Shown piece after piece: positions 63,976-64,000 of a DNA stretch of 64,000 bases. The DNA is from Bugula neritina (taxonomy: Eukaryota > Animalia > Bryozoa). Where the stretch lies: the NCBI GenBank assembly GCA_964035545.1, contig OZ037768.1, forward strand, positions 21,249,700-21,313,699. Reading direction: 5' to 3'. Below the pieces are notes generated by a model, which was not told the DNA's origin, made no database searches, and saw only the letters and a program-made list of their open reading frames with translations. The translations under genes and the position numbers were made by a program. Each line of letters opens with the position of its first letter. Positions within the stretch are counted from its first letter, which is position 1.

Positions 63976-64000
63976 GTTTGTTATTCTTTTGTTATGTTAT

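Overview
AT-rich, intron-rich animal (invertebrate) genomic DNA; the species cannot be fixed from the sequence. Five spliced host genes were reconstructed by hand from splice sites and reading frame. A DNAJB6-like co-chaperone (+, 2977-10726) converges on MRPL16 (-, 15059-17702). MRPL16 is head-to-head with a MIC19/CHCHD3-like MICOS subunit (+, 18186-20783). The ciliary transition-zone gene RPGRIP1L (-, 21603-37054) is head-to-head with a KIAA2012-like gene (+, CDS from 52584, running off the window). Between their shared promoter (~38.1 kb) and the first KIAA2012 coding exon lies a 12-kb nested pair of very young Ty3/Gypsy LTR retrotransposons. The outer element (-, 38776-50785) has identical 410-bp LTRs, an ATAC TSD, a tRNA-Leu PBS and gag/-1 frameshift/pol. 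Its integrase is split by an inner Gmr1-type element (+, 41527-45983) with identical 576-bp LTRs, a CGGGT TSD and a tRNA-Pro PBS, which keeps Gag-PR-IN but has lost RT and almost all of RNase H. Other signals: a tandem array of RFX X-box motifs in an RPGRIP1L intron, a CCA-ended tRNA-Leu 3'-half retrocopy, three frame-preserving microexons, a GC-AG intron, a hAT-type MITE, a tRNA-derived SINE remnant and a ~490-bp (TG)n tract. Gene names rest on recognised motifs, not database searches.
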